From assembly GCF_008831285.2 (NCBI RefSeq), contig NC_045138.2, positions 35,836,001 to 35,900,000 on the forward strand: DNA of 64,000 bases, written 5' to 3'. Both the position numbers and the translations under genes were made by a program. Source of the stretch: Nymphaea colorata (taxonomy: Eukaryota). Below the pieces are notes generated by a model, which had not been told where the DNA came from, ran no database searches, and was given only the letters and a program-made list of their open reading frames with translations. Numbering within the stretch: the stretch's first letter is position 1; the number at the start of each line of letters is the position of its first letter. Positions 13,295 through 26,878 of the stretch are shown piece after piece.

Positions 13295-16200
13295 ATGGGG
13301 GCTTCGAACTCCAAGCCGCAAGTTGATAAAGCAATGCTGTTGTGTAGAGAAAGGAAGCGCCTTGTTAGACAAGCCATTGAATGGAGGCAAGCATTAGCTG
13401 TTGCTCATGTTTCATACCTAAGATCACTCGAGAGTGTAGGGATCGCTCTTAGGAAGCTTGTGGAACCTGGTCCTTTGGCAGATTCCTCCTTGTATACTTC
13501 CACTAGTGCAACACCTGAACCCTTTGCCTTCACAGACAAGGCTGTTCCTCGATTTTCATATGCTTCTCCTTCTTTGTCCAACCACGTGGAGGCTGCAGAA
13601 ATTCTTTCTTCGCCAACGATTTCATCTCCGCGTTCTTCTAGACGGGTCCATGTGAACCATATGAAATCCAACAGGAATATCAGCACCACCATCAAGGAGG
13701 AGCCTAATATTCCAGTACCTGTAACAATGCACAACTCATCAAATACCACTACTCAGATTTCACACACCGAATTTGCTGAAAGTTCCCCTCCTTCTCCCAC
13801 ATCTTCGCACTCAAGGGAGGCCCCACCCTGGGATTACTTCGACATATTCCCTTCTGTTGACAACACATATCCATTTGAAGCTGGTACCGAAACAAGTCTT
13901 GGATTTGAGGAAGCAGATTATCTTGAACAGCTTCGTGAAGAAGAGGGAATTCCTGATCTGGAAGAGGAAGGAGAAAGGGACTTCGTTAGTAGAAACAGTG
14001 AGGGAATTCCTGATCTCCCAGCACAGAAGGGTTTTGATGGAGGAAAAGGTGTTGATCATGAATCTGAGCAGGAATCTGAATCATCTTCGGAAGGTGAGGC
14101 AGTCCTTAACTCTGAAAGGCATAGCAGGAAGGTCTCAAGGCATTACTCTCACAGTCGATCACCTGTTAAGGAACCATTAGTGGAAGAGGCAAAATTGACA
14201 ATGCTTGATAATGAAAAATGTCCTGTGGAGACAATACCAGATGGAGGTCCAACTGGGGCACTCATTTTAAAAGGAAATGTGCAAACTCAAAGGGGAACCT
14301 CCCCTGACAATGTAGTTTCATCAAAGGATTTTGTGTCAAGTATAAAAGATATTGAGCTTCTTTTTCTTAAAGCTTCCGAATCTGGGAAGGAGGTACAACG
14401 GATGCTTGAAGCAAATAACATGCATTATCTACCAAATTTTGCTGAAAGAAAAGGTAAGCATCTTTTCTTAGATTACCATGTGCTCTAGTAGTCTTTTCCT
14501 GATTCTGTCTTTCCTTAATCCATAACAGGCTCTCTAAGTGTGGCCTGTCTTGTGTACTGTATATTTGATCTATCTGAGATGCAAGTTATCAGTATCTTTC
14601 TCCTTTAGATTTGAACCATACAAGATTAACATGCACACTGTGATGCAGCACAAAAAAAATCTCAGGTCTCTTTGTTTCTTTCGGCGTGCCTGGCTTGTTT
14701 TGATGACCCTACATTTGTTCCTCCTGGTATGTAAACTTATCCCTTTTGGTTCTGGTGGCCTCCTAGCAATTTTCTTTACATGATGACAAAATCTGTCCTT
14801 TTATATAATAACGGTTCTGTAATTTATTAAGAATTAATTGTTTATGATGCTATCCATATTTCTGATAGGTAACATTTGTGCGTACTTTCAAACTATTGAA
14901 CAACATTTTTCAATGTTATACCAATTATGCCACTTTTTTTTCCCACTGTCTTAGCACAAGCACCGGGCACATTGAAGCTTATCACTTGGCATCAGTCACC
15001 ATCAGCACGTTCTTCATCGTCAAGGAATCCTTTGGCATCAACGTCTTTGAGGGATGATGTGGATGATAGCAGCAATGATTATGGAGACGCATTTTGCATG
15101 AATTCAGGAAGTCATGCATCTACACTGGACCGCCTATATGCATGGGAAAGAAAGCTTTCTGATGAAGTCAAGGTGTTTTTTTTATGCTATTTATTATCAT
15201 GAACAAATATTGATTTTTTTTTTTGCTATTTATATTATTAGTCTCCCAATATGCATTCTACATGATTCTGGGTACCAGAGATTGAATAATGTTTTCAGCA
15301 CTGGAAACTCAAACCTTCAAGCTAGATGTTTGATACTGCTCTCATCAAAATTTAAGCTGATTTATCAACGTTTAGCTGGTTGGACTTTCAAGAATTTAAT
15401 AGAAAACATCTTGCACTGCTACCAACTTCCTATTTAAGGAAAACCTTGAAATTAGTGAGCATGTCACAAAGATTACTGAAATGTGCAGCTTCTGTTGGCA
15501 ATCTGCTTCACAAAATTTGAAAGCTAAGTTGTGTAGAGCATGCAGGTATATGGACAGGGCCCTAAAACTGAAAACTGCAAGCTGGAGTAATAGTATTTCA
15601 TGTTATCCCTTTTTGTCCTCTTAGCAAAATAACATAAAATCTAATTGGTTTTGTTTTGAAAATAGCTACCATTGCTTTTTCATTACATTCAAGTTACTCT
15701 GCTGAAATTGTTTCTTCAAGATTGATATTTTTGTCTTGTTGCCGCTTTTTGTATGGGATTCATTTGTTATGTAGTTGAAAATTCAGTAACCTTCTTGCCA
15801 TGATTTTCAAATTGAATGGGTTTGGAGACAATCATACTCTTGCACGTGTACACATTTCCTTGTTTATGGTGGAATTCTATTGGAGACCTGGAAAGAGAAA
15901 ATTTAAAATCACTTGCATTGAGGTTTGTGACCATGAGCGTGTGTCCTCTATTGTTTGTCATCCTGTTGTAGTACCTTAATTGGTTCACTTTTCTAAAGTA
16001 ATTCTGAAAGCCTCCTACGATTCCATTAATGTAGAATAATTTAAGCTGATGTTGTTTACCCAAATACCTTAATGCATGGAAAATCTTGACACTAGTTTGT
16101 TTCATTCTTATAGGCTAGTGGATTCATCAGAAGGGAATACGATATGCAATGCAAACAACTTAGACATCTACAAGCAAGGGATGAAAAAAGTGTACGGATT

Positions 16201-17315
16201 GACAAAGCACGGGCTAGAGTTAAGGATCTTCATTCAAGAATCCTAGTTGCCATTCAGCGTATAGACTCAATATCAAGGAAAATTGAGGAGTTAAGGGACA
16301 AGGAGCTGCATCCGCAACTTGAGGAGTTGGTTGGAGGGTACTTCCTTGCAATCTCAATATCAATCATTCATACAAAACCGGTTTTCAATTAATTTCTTCA
16401 ACCCGGTCTTGCACTTTTTTCATCTTAGGGCGCAGGATATTGTATGTGCAGGAAAAACTTAGTTGTTACGGCAGAGAAAATAATAGGATATTATAACTTC
16501 TATTACTTATCTTTGAAGTTATAAATTTCACATCCAAACATTTGGTGAATGCACAAGAAAAGAAAACCAGTCACACACTGTCACGCTTCCTGCCCTGAAC
16601 ATGTTTCTTGTGCTGACACAGGTTAGCTCAAATGTGGAAAATGATGTTTGAATGCCATCAGAACCAGCATGCAATTGTTACTGCAGCATATCTTAGCACA
16701 CAAGCTGAATTTCCAGCCAACTCTCAACTTCATAGACAGCTGGCCATTGATCTGGTAAATGAACTGAGTTCCTTGAACCTAAGCTTCACAAAATGGATGT
16801 CAGCACAAAAATCATATTTGAAGTCTCTCTATGATTGGCTGCTTAAGTGTGTTCCCCAACGCCATAAATCAGAAACAAGGAGGAAAAGACAGAACATGCA
16901 GTTTTCACCTCGTAAGGATGGTGCACCACCGATATTCGTTACCTGCCGTGACTGGTTTGACCAACTTAATGGGCTACCAGTTAAGGAAATCTCTTGTGCA
17001 GTAAAAAATCTAGCACATGAAGTTCAGTGCCTTTTGCCACCTGAAGAAGACAAGCGGACAAGGGATTCAAAGCTCACCTCACTGTCATGGAAAATAAAGG
17101 GACACAATGATGTCGATGGATATAGGCCTGTGGACCTTGAGTACAGAGAAACTCATGCAAACTTGCATTCTGGGTTTGATAGTTTGCGGTCAAGCCTAGT
17201 TGATTTTTTTGAGGAATTAGTTTTGTTTGCAGCAAAGTCATCAGAAATGTACGAGTATGTCAAAACAACCACTTTGGAAGCCCACGTTCACTATCATCAG
17301 GACATAAAAAAGTGA
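13295..17315 (+). CDS. DUF630/DUF632 domain protein (APSR1/NRG2-like family); exons 13295-14453, 14649-14727, 14955-15172, 16114-16338, 16622-17315
   Basis: N-terminal DUF630 signature (MGASNSK…LCRERKRLVRQAIEWRQALAVAHVSYLRSL), PPWDYF, LREEEGIPDLEEE, and DUF632 motifs (IELLFLKASESGKEVQRMLEA, SHASTLDRLYAWERKLSDEVK, IEELRDKELHPQLEELVGGLAQMW, APPIFVTCRDW). All introns are GT-AG and phase-compatible. Confidence 0.95.
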
Positions 17316-19615
17316 ATTGTTGATTGGGGTCGTATATGGTACTATACTTGGTAGGAATTAACTGGTGAGGAGACATTTTGACGCTTTTTCGTTGAGTGCA
17401 TAATTACATCAAATAGGAAGGTTTATTCTACATATGAGGTTGTAAATTGAAGTGAATAAATAGGCTTTACTTTGAGGCGGTTCTGAAGTTACACAATAAA
17501 AATGTAAATTTGGTTCTCATATTGTCAGGAAATTGTAATTATGTCATTTCATCTCTTTAAGAAAATGTTTTCCTGATTTTGTGGTGCATGTGTCTGAACT
17601 CTATAAGCTGTGAGGGCATATCAGTGGATTTGCTCCTCCCATTTTTGTGCTCATCAGGCCACCTACTCCATTCTTCTCTACACTGCTTGTCTGACGCGTT
17701 TGAACATAACTCACACTTTGGTCTACACTGCAAGTATGCACACTAAACCAGTCCATTGTTTGTTTTGTTGTTCTTGTGCTCATGAACTGAAACTGAGATC
17801 ATTTTCCTTTCTGTTTCCGTTCGTCTGCTGGACACTGAAACTGGGGCATAGCCGCATAGCACTTTGACATGGCTGGAACCTGGACCTCCTTCGGACCTTC
17901 AGTAATTGGCCGTAAAGATATTTGCGTTTACATGATGGAAGCAAGCGAGAACGTCCATGAGATTACTCTTGGATGTTTGGCTGCGACTGCTTAAAGTTGC
18001 TAGTTGGTGGCAACTGTAAGGAGATCAATCTAGCCGATCATTTAGTCGATCAGGAAGGTTGCCCTTTGTTTAGGCAGTTCAGTTTAAGAGAATGAGATTG
18101 TTCACATTCCTGTCAAATTTCAAGTTATCTTTTGTGTCTTTCCCGTTTCTATAGATAATATTGAACTTTTGTTGGATGGTTAGATGACTGCCTCTGCGAG
18201 GGTTCAGGACTGGCCTTCCTGATTCATCTCCTCCAAGCTCATCTGATATGAATCCTACTAAAATTTCTGTCTTGGGTTTAGGGGGTCATCTCTTGTTTCA
18301 ACAGTGAAGTGATTGGGTCCTACAAGCTAAATCCTGAAAAAATCATCCGAAAATACTAAACAAAAGAATCGGGACGAGCAGAGCCAATGTGCTACATCAC
18401 AATTTAAAACTATAAAATTTATAGTGTTAAAAGGAATAATATTTTTCATAAATCAACATATATTGAAATAGTGAAAATTTCCCTTTCCCTTTTTTGTTGT
18501 TTCGAGCTAAGGTTATGTTGACATTGTCTTTCCCATGGATCAGATCAGCCTCTTCACCTAGAAAATAACATCGGTTGGCATTTTCTCTTTTCATGTAAAG
18601 CTGGTGAGCTTGTCGGTTTACGTTGGGCACTTGACTGAACCGAAATCTCAAAACCTGAACAGCAACATTTATTCCTTGACCAACGCCAATTAAAATAGGG
18701 GTTTAGGTTTGACCTATGGTTTTTCTTTTTATCGTGATCACACGTTGGACTTGACCCAGCCTGGAGTGGAGTGTCTCTCGCAATCATTAAATGCAAATGA
18801 TTTCCGCTTCCTTCTTTCTATTGTCACATAATCGTTAAATAACCGAAAGTTTGCAGTACCACCCATTCTCATTCTTTAATTTTTAATCAAATGAAGCTGC
18901 TTCCCTTGAAGCTTAAATCTGATGGCACACCCCATATATCTTAATTGTGTTGTACTATTAATGGGTTTGATTTGATAATATATATTTCTTGGCTGGAGTC
19001 TCTATCTATAATGTTTTGGTTGTGATAACTTGTTGACTCAAACCAGCAATTCCTTTAACCCCTTGCCTTCCCACCGTCTGCAATTTCAAAACATACACAC
19101 TCTAACTTGCCAGGATCACTTTACTATTATTTTTTTGATACAAAACGTAATCCTTCCAAGTTATAGCTTATTTTTTTACAAAAATGTTGAAAACCATTTT
19201 TACTTCTACTAAGAATCATGTGGTTTGCGTGATCACATAAGTTATTAATTGAGGATTGAATTTTTTATTAGTTGGTTTCTGGATCTGGTCCAATTATTTT
19301 CCAGATGCCGCCAAGTGAAGCGGGCACAATGTCACTTAACCAAGCAGCGGCTAAAAGACTCAGTGGGTTTTTAAAAAGCCAGATTTGGATCTTAAAATCT
19401 TAAAAGATGTCCGAAATCCAAATTGGGAAGGTGGGAGGTGGCTCGGAGCAAAGAAGAGAAGGTGGGAAAGAAAGGAGAGAAGAACCTAGAAGGGGGGGAA
19501 GAGTTGCTGGCCGCAGCGGGAGGCGATCCAGGAAAGAGGGAAGGATCGGAAAAGGGTGCTTGGCGACTCCACGACCCTTCTCGCTTCTCCGGCGGCTGGA
19601 ATCTGGGTGGAGGGG

Positions 19616-22600
19616 ATGGATTTTCTGAACAAGGTCAGGAATCTGGACGCCTACCCTAAGATCAACGAGGACTTCTACAGCAGGACGCTCTCCGGAGGAC
19701 TCATCACCGTCGTCTCTTCCATTTTCATCTTCTTGTTGGTCTTCTCGGAATTCAGTGGGTTTCTCTACCACTTCCTTCTTGAGCTTATTGTTTTCCATAG
19801 GATGGTCCAGTCCTTTCTTCATTTCATGAGCGTGTCTGCTCATCACGGGGTGTTGAGTCCAGTTGATGCCTTCCAATAGGATTATAAACCATAGGTGAAG
19901 GTGAAGGTGCAGGTATGCTTTTTTTAGGAGGAATTTTGTATAGGGTTCTTAAGAGGTGGACATGTTCCTTTCTTATAAGGGTTCTGTTGGAAGAAGGGAG
20001 AAACTACTCGCGTCTCCGGACGTTTTCTATCTTTTTCATGACCCAGCCAAGATTCAGTGTCGTTTTTCTATACTCTCTTATTCTGCTTTTGTTTCCTTCA
20101 CAACCTGGCGATGGTTTTAGCTGCTTGAGAGTTTCAAGTTCGAAAGGCCGACACCATAATTGTGATCTTTGCTGACGAGATGAAATTTTGAGAAATCCAA
20201 GGAAACGACTAAGCTTTCTCTTCGCTGATTTACTTGGGATTCTGTTTCGTTGTTGGGAAAGAAATGTTACTGTCTTTAGGAAGTTGAGATTTACTGTTCT
20301 TTTCCCGGAGAAAAGTAACGGCGGAAGTGATAGGCTTCTGCCTCCCCGTGATTTTGTTAAGGTGTTTGTTATTGGAAAGCAATTCAGTAAGCTGTTACTT
20401 AGTCCTTTTTTGTTATTTTGCCCGTTTCTTTTTTTACAGGAGCTTATCTTCATCCTGTTACCGTCTCGGAGCTGACTGTCGACGTGAGAAGAGGAGGAAC
20501 TCTCCGCATCAATGTTGTATCTCTTTCTTGGTCGTTTATAGTTTCTGTTTCTCACTCGTGAATTTTGCAATTGCTGCTGGAATGAGGGAATTGGGCTTTC
20601 TTGAATTTGTTATATGTCGCCATGATCGTAGGATACCCCTTTTTTTTGTTCTTCTTCTTACTGGGAGTGGGACCCGATTGTATTGTTCCGCGCCAGTTTC
20701 TAAGATAAAGAGAGGGGATAGTTTTGAGAATGTTTTATTAATTAGCAATTGCTGCCATCTTTGGGTTTAGTACATTATAATAGATTTGATTCTTTTATAC
20801 AGCTCGATGTGACTTTTCCAGCTCTAGCATGTTCTGTCGTTAGTCTTGATGCAATGGACATCAGTGGGGAGCAACATTTTGATATTGTAAGTTGCTTCAT
20901 TGAGAAGATTGAAGTTATTGTTCTACCAAATGAAATATGGTTAGGTCGTTTTCTTTTCTAAGTGGAGCTGGGTTTGAGTTATTGCTTAAGCCCCATTTTT
21001 ATTTCTTGTAGAGACATGACATATTCAAGAAGAGGATTGATCAGCATGGTAATGTCATTGGGACGAGGTCAGATGGAATTGGTTCACCCAAGGTCTTGAT
21101 GACTTTTCCTTTTACTTAGGGTAGTTGAAAATTTTCCACATTGTAATAATATTGGATATTTACCTTGCGATTTTGATACAATGATGTCTTGTTTTTATGT
21201 TATTCCTTTTTTTTTGCTTGGGAGAGGTGGAGGGATCATGTGGAATATGGTAATTGTTATGGTAGCAAAGTCTCCTAGTGCCGTTCAATGAATAATAGAT
21301 AGTCACATCTTCTTTGTAGATGTAATTTTTTTTTCCTTGCACGGTGTCAAAGTATGTATGTTTTCTTGGTGATACTTTGAGCATTTGATTATGTAGGTAT
21401 TTTTGAAGGCAACTTGTATGTACAAAGTGCTGTATGGGGATAACATGTTATAGACTAGTCACAAATAACATCTCGGAGTTTTAAACGGTGAGGTTTTTCT
21501 CGGTATAATACTGCGAAAAAACGGAAAAAATATGGTAAATTTTAAAAATTTTAAAAAGCTAAAATTGGGAAAAAATAAAATAAGTGAGACACTAATAACA
21601 CAAACATCAAAAGATAAGTAGATTTGCAACAAATAAAAAATAGAAAATGAACAAAAAAAAACTGTTTGACATTAAAAAAACTGAAAAAATGAAAAAAACT
21701 GAAAAAATTGCGAGTTCAAAAAAAACACATTTTATTTAAAGTTTTAAACGGCTAGTTAATTTGTTGCGTTTTTTTTTTGCGTTTTTTTGAAAAAAACGTG
21801 TTTTATGTTGAAGTTTACCATCTTGATCAAATGCACGAAAGTGCAAAATGTCATCTGGCTTTTATGTTGAAGTTGGTGCACATTGTGTATTTCCCTACTG
21901 ATAAGAATACTAATTTGCTTTTTTACATCTCCCATGCAGTTCTTGTCTAAAATTGTCGCTTTCATTGTTCTTATAGTTTCTTGTTATTGATTCTATGAAA
22001 CACCATTGGCTCATGGTAACCTTAACATTCTCAAGGAATCTCTTAGTTTTTAAATCTGCCTTGGTGTTTGTACCATGTAGTGGCAAAGGAAGAAACGTGG
22101 AGATTGACTTTCTTTAGTTTCAGTAATATTGTAGTCTAGTTGTTTTCAGCTGTCCGATGCATTAAATATATGTAATATTGTAATGCCATACAGTACAGAA
22201 ATGGTTCCTTTTACAATGCTTTGTGCCTATCCTTTGTGAAAGCCATTCAAATCCTTATGTTACAATACTGTCCCAAATGTAGATGATAAATACCATATTG
22301 CTATGAAGTATGAACAAAAAAGACATGTGGGCATGATAGAACAATGAAAACCAGAACAGAAGCATCAAGATTCAGAAGCAATAATCAAATAAAATGTAAC
22401 AGAAGTTACATGCTTCAATTGTGCTAATGTCTTGAGGAAAAACCATAAAAATGTACTAGATCAAAATGAGTGAAACGGTTCTGAAGATCAGGTCTATAAC
22501 GATAAAAAGAATATCCTCTAAAACCTTAGCTTGATGGGACCACTTTAACGCGATCCTCAAATTCTACATCAACATTCAGTTTCATACTCTCAAGAAACTA

Positions 22601-25600
22601 GAATATGAAGAAATACAAGAAATACGTAAATCCCTTGGGAATGCTTAAATTCCTTTCATACACTATCTACTGATATCATGTTGATGTTTTTCTTTTTCCT
22701 CACAGTATATCTTTTTCATCCTGATGCTACATTTTCTATATGGCTTTCTTGTGCAAGTGCTGATGGTAACTATCATTAAACATCAATGATGAATGTCATT
22801 TATCATCTTTAATTGTTTCAGATTGAAAAGCCCCTACAGAGACATGGAGGAAGGCTTGAGCATAATGAGACATACTGTGGTTCTTGTTATGGTGCAGAAG
22901 TGGTATGCTTTTCTTTGAATTGTTATCTCAGTTTCTATAGATTTTTCTTCGGAAAACTTATTTCCCAAATAAATGGGCAACATTGTGCAGGAGGCTGATT
23001 GTAGCTCTGTATAATTCCATGTTTTCTAAAATCATTTGAAATTTGTAATTGCTGAATTTATTTTTTAAACATATGTCCTGCTGAAACTGTTTAAACGTAT
23101 GTCCTTGATAACCACAACTTATCTTCTTGAAAGAGCTGCTTTACCAAGTAACGGATGCTTAGATATTTCTTACTGAACCTCTGATCATTTCATGCTACCT
23201 TAATGTAGTCAGATGATGATTGTTGTAACTCATGTGAAGAAGTTCGTGAGGCCTATCGGAAAAAAGGCTGGGCACTGTCAAATGCTGACTTGATTGATCA
23301 GGTAGTTTTTTAATTTTTGCAACCACCATTACTGATACTTCAATGTCAATAGACCACATATTATCAGTCTCCATTGCACATAGGTTTGCATGATATCCCT
23401 GGAGTTTTGGTAGTCTTCTATAATTGTGAGATCGTCTGGCTAGGTGCTTAACTTGTATGAAATGATTTTTCCCCTGTTTATCTTATGGCATCTTGATTTT
23501 CAGGGTTTTTCTTTTTCGAAAAGTTATAAGCTGATTGGACTCTGCCCCACCGGGCTTACCTATCTTGAAAAAAGAAAATTACAAAGATCATAATATGATC
23601 CTTTTTTCCTACTTAACTAGCTTGTTAAGAAACTTTGTTCTGCTTACCTTCTCAAAAGGGATGATTGTTGAGCAAATGCAAAAGTGAAAGGGGGTTCTGA
23701 ATTTACTCCAATCAGTGTTGACCTGTGTAGTTATAAGTGCTAGGCAGGTTTAGGTGGTGGATGGGGATGAAAATGTTCGGATTTGGGTCAGGTCTGGCCT
23801 TTTCCGGATTCAAGTAACTGGATGCTGTGTAATCTGATTTGAACCCAAGCCTGACCCTTGTGATGCCTACCTGCACCTGAGACGCATCGACTCAGACATG
23901 GCAGCCTTTTTGATGGTCTGTGTTACTTGGCTAAATAGTTTCAGAAACTAAATCCTGTTTAAGCTTCTGTTCCCAAACCCAGTCTAACATTTATTAGGAT
24001 TTAACATGTAAAAAATAGAAATGGAAAACCCAAAAATTACATGAACAGCTCATCTTGATTCCCAACATTCCATCTAAAGCTAAAGAGTCCTGCTTAGTCA
24101 CGTGTACCTAGTTTGGGATTCAGAAGCTAGAAACAGCATTATCCTGGCTGCAAGGCATTAGCAGCCCTAACGGCAATCTAGTATCCCCTTAAGAGGGTGA
24201 TGGTTGTGCAATTCTGTACTTTTATGTTCACAGGGTGCAGTTGTTGAAGAGGATCGTTTTCTCATTTTGTGTCATTTCCTTTTTACTTGTCAAGCTATCA
24301 TTTCATTATGTTTTCTAGGAGAGATCCTGCAATGTTCATTTTTTTTTTAACTTTAGAATGCTGTCACTATCCTGTTGTGATCTAAGTTAAAACTTTACTC
24401 ATGATTGGTTTTCATGCAGTGCAAAAGAGAGGGCTTTCTTCAGAAGATAAAAGAAGAAGAAGGTGAAGGATGCAACATTCATGGTTTTTTGGAAGTCAAT
24501 AAAGTTGCTGGCAATTTTCACTTTGCCCCTGGGAAGAGCTTTCATCAAGCAAACGTCCATGTCCATGACTTACTAGTGTTTGAGAAGGATAGTTTTAATG
24601 TAATGTAGTCATTCTTGCTAATATTTCTGGAAAAATGTTAAGCATAACAGAGGAGAGAAGCATGAATTTAGTTTTTAGCTTCTAACCTGTCTAATCTGGA
24701 TATGGATAGGGAAAGAGAGGGAATCAGGGAATGTAGTATTTAGCTTGTCTTTTATGAGATCTTTAACACTCTTTACATTTTATTCAGCTAAGTCACAAGA
24801 TAAATAAGCTGTCCTTTGGAGATGATTTTCCAGGTGTTGTAAATCCACTTGATGGGTAAGTATCTATTTTCATTTTGACCAAGTCGTTTACCTTCAACTT
24901 ACATTTTCTTTTCACAGAGTTGTCTAAATTCAAGTTACCAGACTGGACTGATCAACACTGTACTTCCAGTTGCATGATATGGAAGTTCCTGATTTTGCTT
25001 CTGAATCTTGCAGTGTGCAGTGGATACAACATACACTTTCTGGAGCTTATCAATATTTCATTAAGGTACAATTCTCCCTTTTTCTGATGTCTACCTGTTC
25101 ACTTCTGGGTTAGAAATTATAATTAGGTTTTGCTGTTAAAGCTGTCTAGTGTTTTTTTGCCTTAGAATCTGTTTGAATTCATTGGTATTGTCGATACTTT
25201 AATGCACTTTTACTGAATATTCTATCTTCCAGTGATGTTGCTGCCAGATTCTTTATTTCATTCTGTCTGATTATTCTATGGTTACATTTAAGGTGGTCTT
25301 AGATGCTTTTTTTTTTCCCTCATTTTTCCAAAGGTTGTCCCTACGATCTACACTGATGTTAGGGGACGCACGATCGAGTCTAACCAGGTAGCTCTTTTTC
25401 TTGACATTCTAACTCCAAGCTGATGATTGAGTATCCATATAATTGCACCAACTACCTCATCTGGTATCTGTTTCTGCAGTTCTCCGTAACTGAGCACTTC
25501 AAAGATGATAGTGGTCGGACTCAGTCCCTTCCAGGAGTTTTCTTTTTCTATGACTTGTCTCCAATTAAGGTGCGTCTGAATTTTCCGCTATTGGCATGTC

Positions 25601-26878
25601 CTGTATCTGCAAAAGGTGCATTTCGTTCATGAATGAAGAGTGGTGCTAATGATCAATCTGCAGTAATGGTCCTTTTTTTACCCTTTTGGCGAACCTGCTA
25701 AAAAGGGAGAGTTCTTCATATTGCTTGCCATGACGGCTGTTGCATTCAGTGTCTAATGCCTGTGCTGGGCAAAGTTAAAATATAAAAAAACTGCTGGAGA
25801 AAAAGTAAGGAATATGAATATGCAACTGATAAATTCATCTTCGATGCAGATAGAGAGCACATTTGAATGTTAAAACTGGGTGTGTAAATGGTTTGGTTTT
25901 GGATATGAAGTTCCGTTTTTAAGATGCACCAGTTGTGATTTCCTATCTATTCAGTTGTCCTAATTTCCTAAATTAACCCATTTGCACTTCTAGTTTTAGG
26001 ATTAAGCCAAAATCGCTTTTGTTTTTTGCAAGAACAAATGACCACATCAATGGTGGGAGACCTTACCTTGCTGGTTTAACTGGTCGAACTGTTTAAATAC
26101 TCCCAAGTGAAGCCTCTTGGTCCTTCAGGAACCATCAACAGAGAAGTGCCATGGCAATGGGACTATGTCCTGCCTACGAAAGGCCGGCCATCCACTGACC
26201 GGAGTCCTCTCCACTTGTGACAACCTGTTGCATTCTCAAAACCTTATTTGGTCTTAAGATCATTATATGATGTGAGACAAAATGAAAGCATGGGTTGGAG
26301 ATGCAGATATTTAGTTGGAAGTAGAAAGTGCTAAATCTGCAATCAAGATGATCCACACAAACTAATATCGATCCTTTTAGAAGTCACTGTCTTCCCTAAT
26401 AGAAACTAATTGTACTATCTGCATGATTCTTATTGTTTAGGACTTTATGGAGACCTGTAACTTGCCTGTGGGGCTGTAGTAGAAGCTCAGTTATATTTCT
26501 TTATTGTTTTTGTTAAGTTATCCAGTTTCGGTCATGCTTAAGACTTTTGACTTTGGTATTGAATGATGTGAATCTACTGAGGGACTTTTCATGTATTACA
26601 GGTGAATTTTACGGAGTCAAAAGTATCATTTCTACATTTTCTAACGAGCGTCTGTGCTATAGTTGGAGGTCCTTCATCTCTAAACTAAGTCCATTTTTCC
26701 AACATTTGCTGAAAGTTGAAACAGATGGCTTACGAGTCATGTTTTGGCGTCACTTGTGTGAACTGGTGTTTGCTATGTCCAAATTTCAGGTATTTTCACT
26801 GTCGCGGGGATAGTGGACTCCTTTGTGTATCACGGTCAAAGGATGAAGAAGAAGATGGCGTTAGGCAAGTTCAGTTGA
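19616..26878 (+). CDS. ERGIC3: ER-Golgi intermediate compartment protein 3 (Erv46-like), 13 exons
   Basis: Exons approx. 19616-19754 (MDFLNKVRNLDAYPKINEDFYSRTLSGG), 20440-20513, 20803-20886 (LDAMDISGEQH), 21012-21092, 22822-22902 (YCGSCYGAE), 23209-23301 (CCNSCEEVREAYRKKGW), 24420-24599 (NKVAGNFHFAPGKS), 24788-24855 (NPLDG), 25013-25064, 25334-25387 (VVPTIY), 25480-25569 (LPGVFFFYDLSPIK), 26602-26668, 26790-26878 (…KKKMALGKFS*). Confidence 0.95.
21475..21807. repeat. A-rich dispersed repeat (probable non-autonomous element) in ERGIC3 intron 4
   Basis: Start (ggagttttaaacggtgaggtttttctcggtataatac) and end (aaacgtgttttatg) align with 46747-47009. Confidence 0.6.

Noticed and set aside
13092..13397. 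ORF overlapping the DUF630 start, considered as a uORF
   Set aside because: Most of it lies upstream of a good acceptor (TTTCACAG at ~13278), so it is probably within the 5'UTR intron
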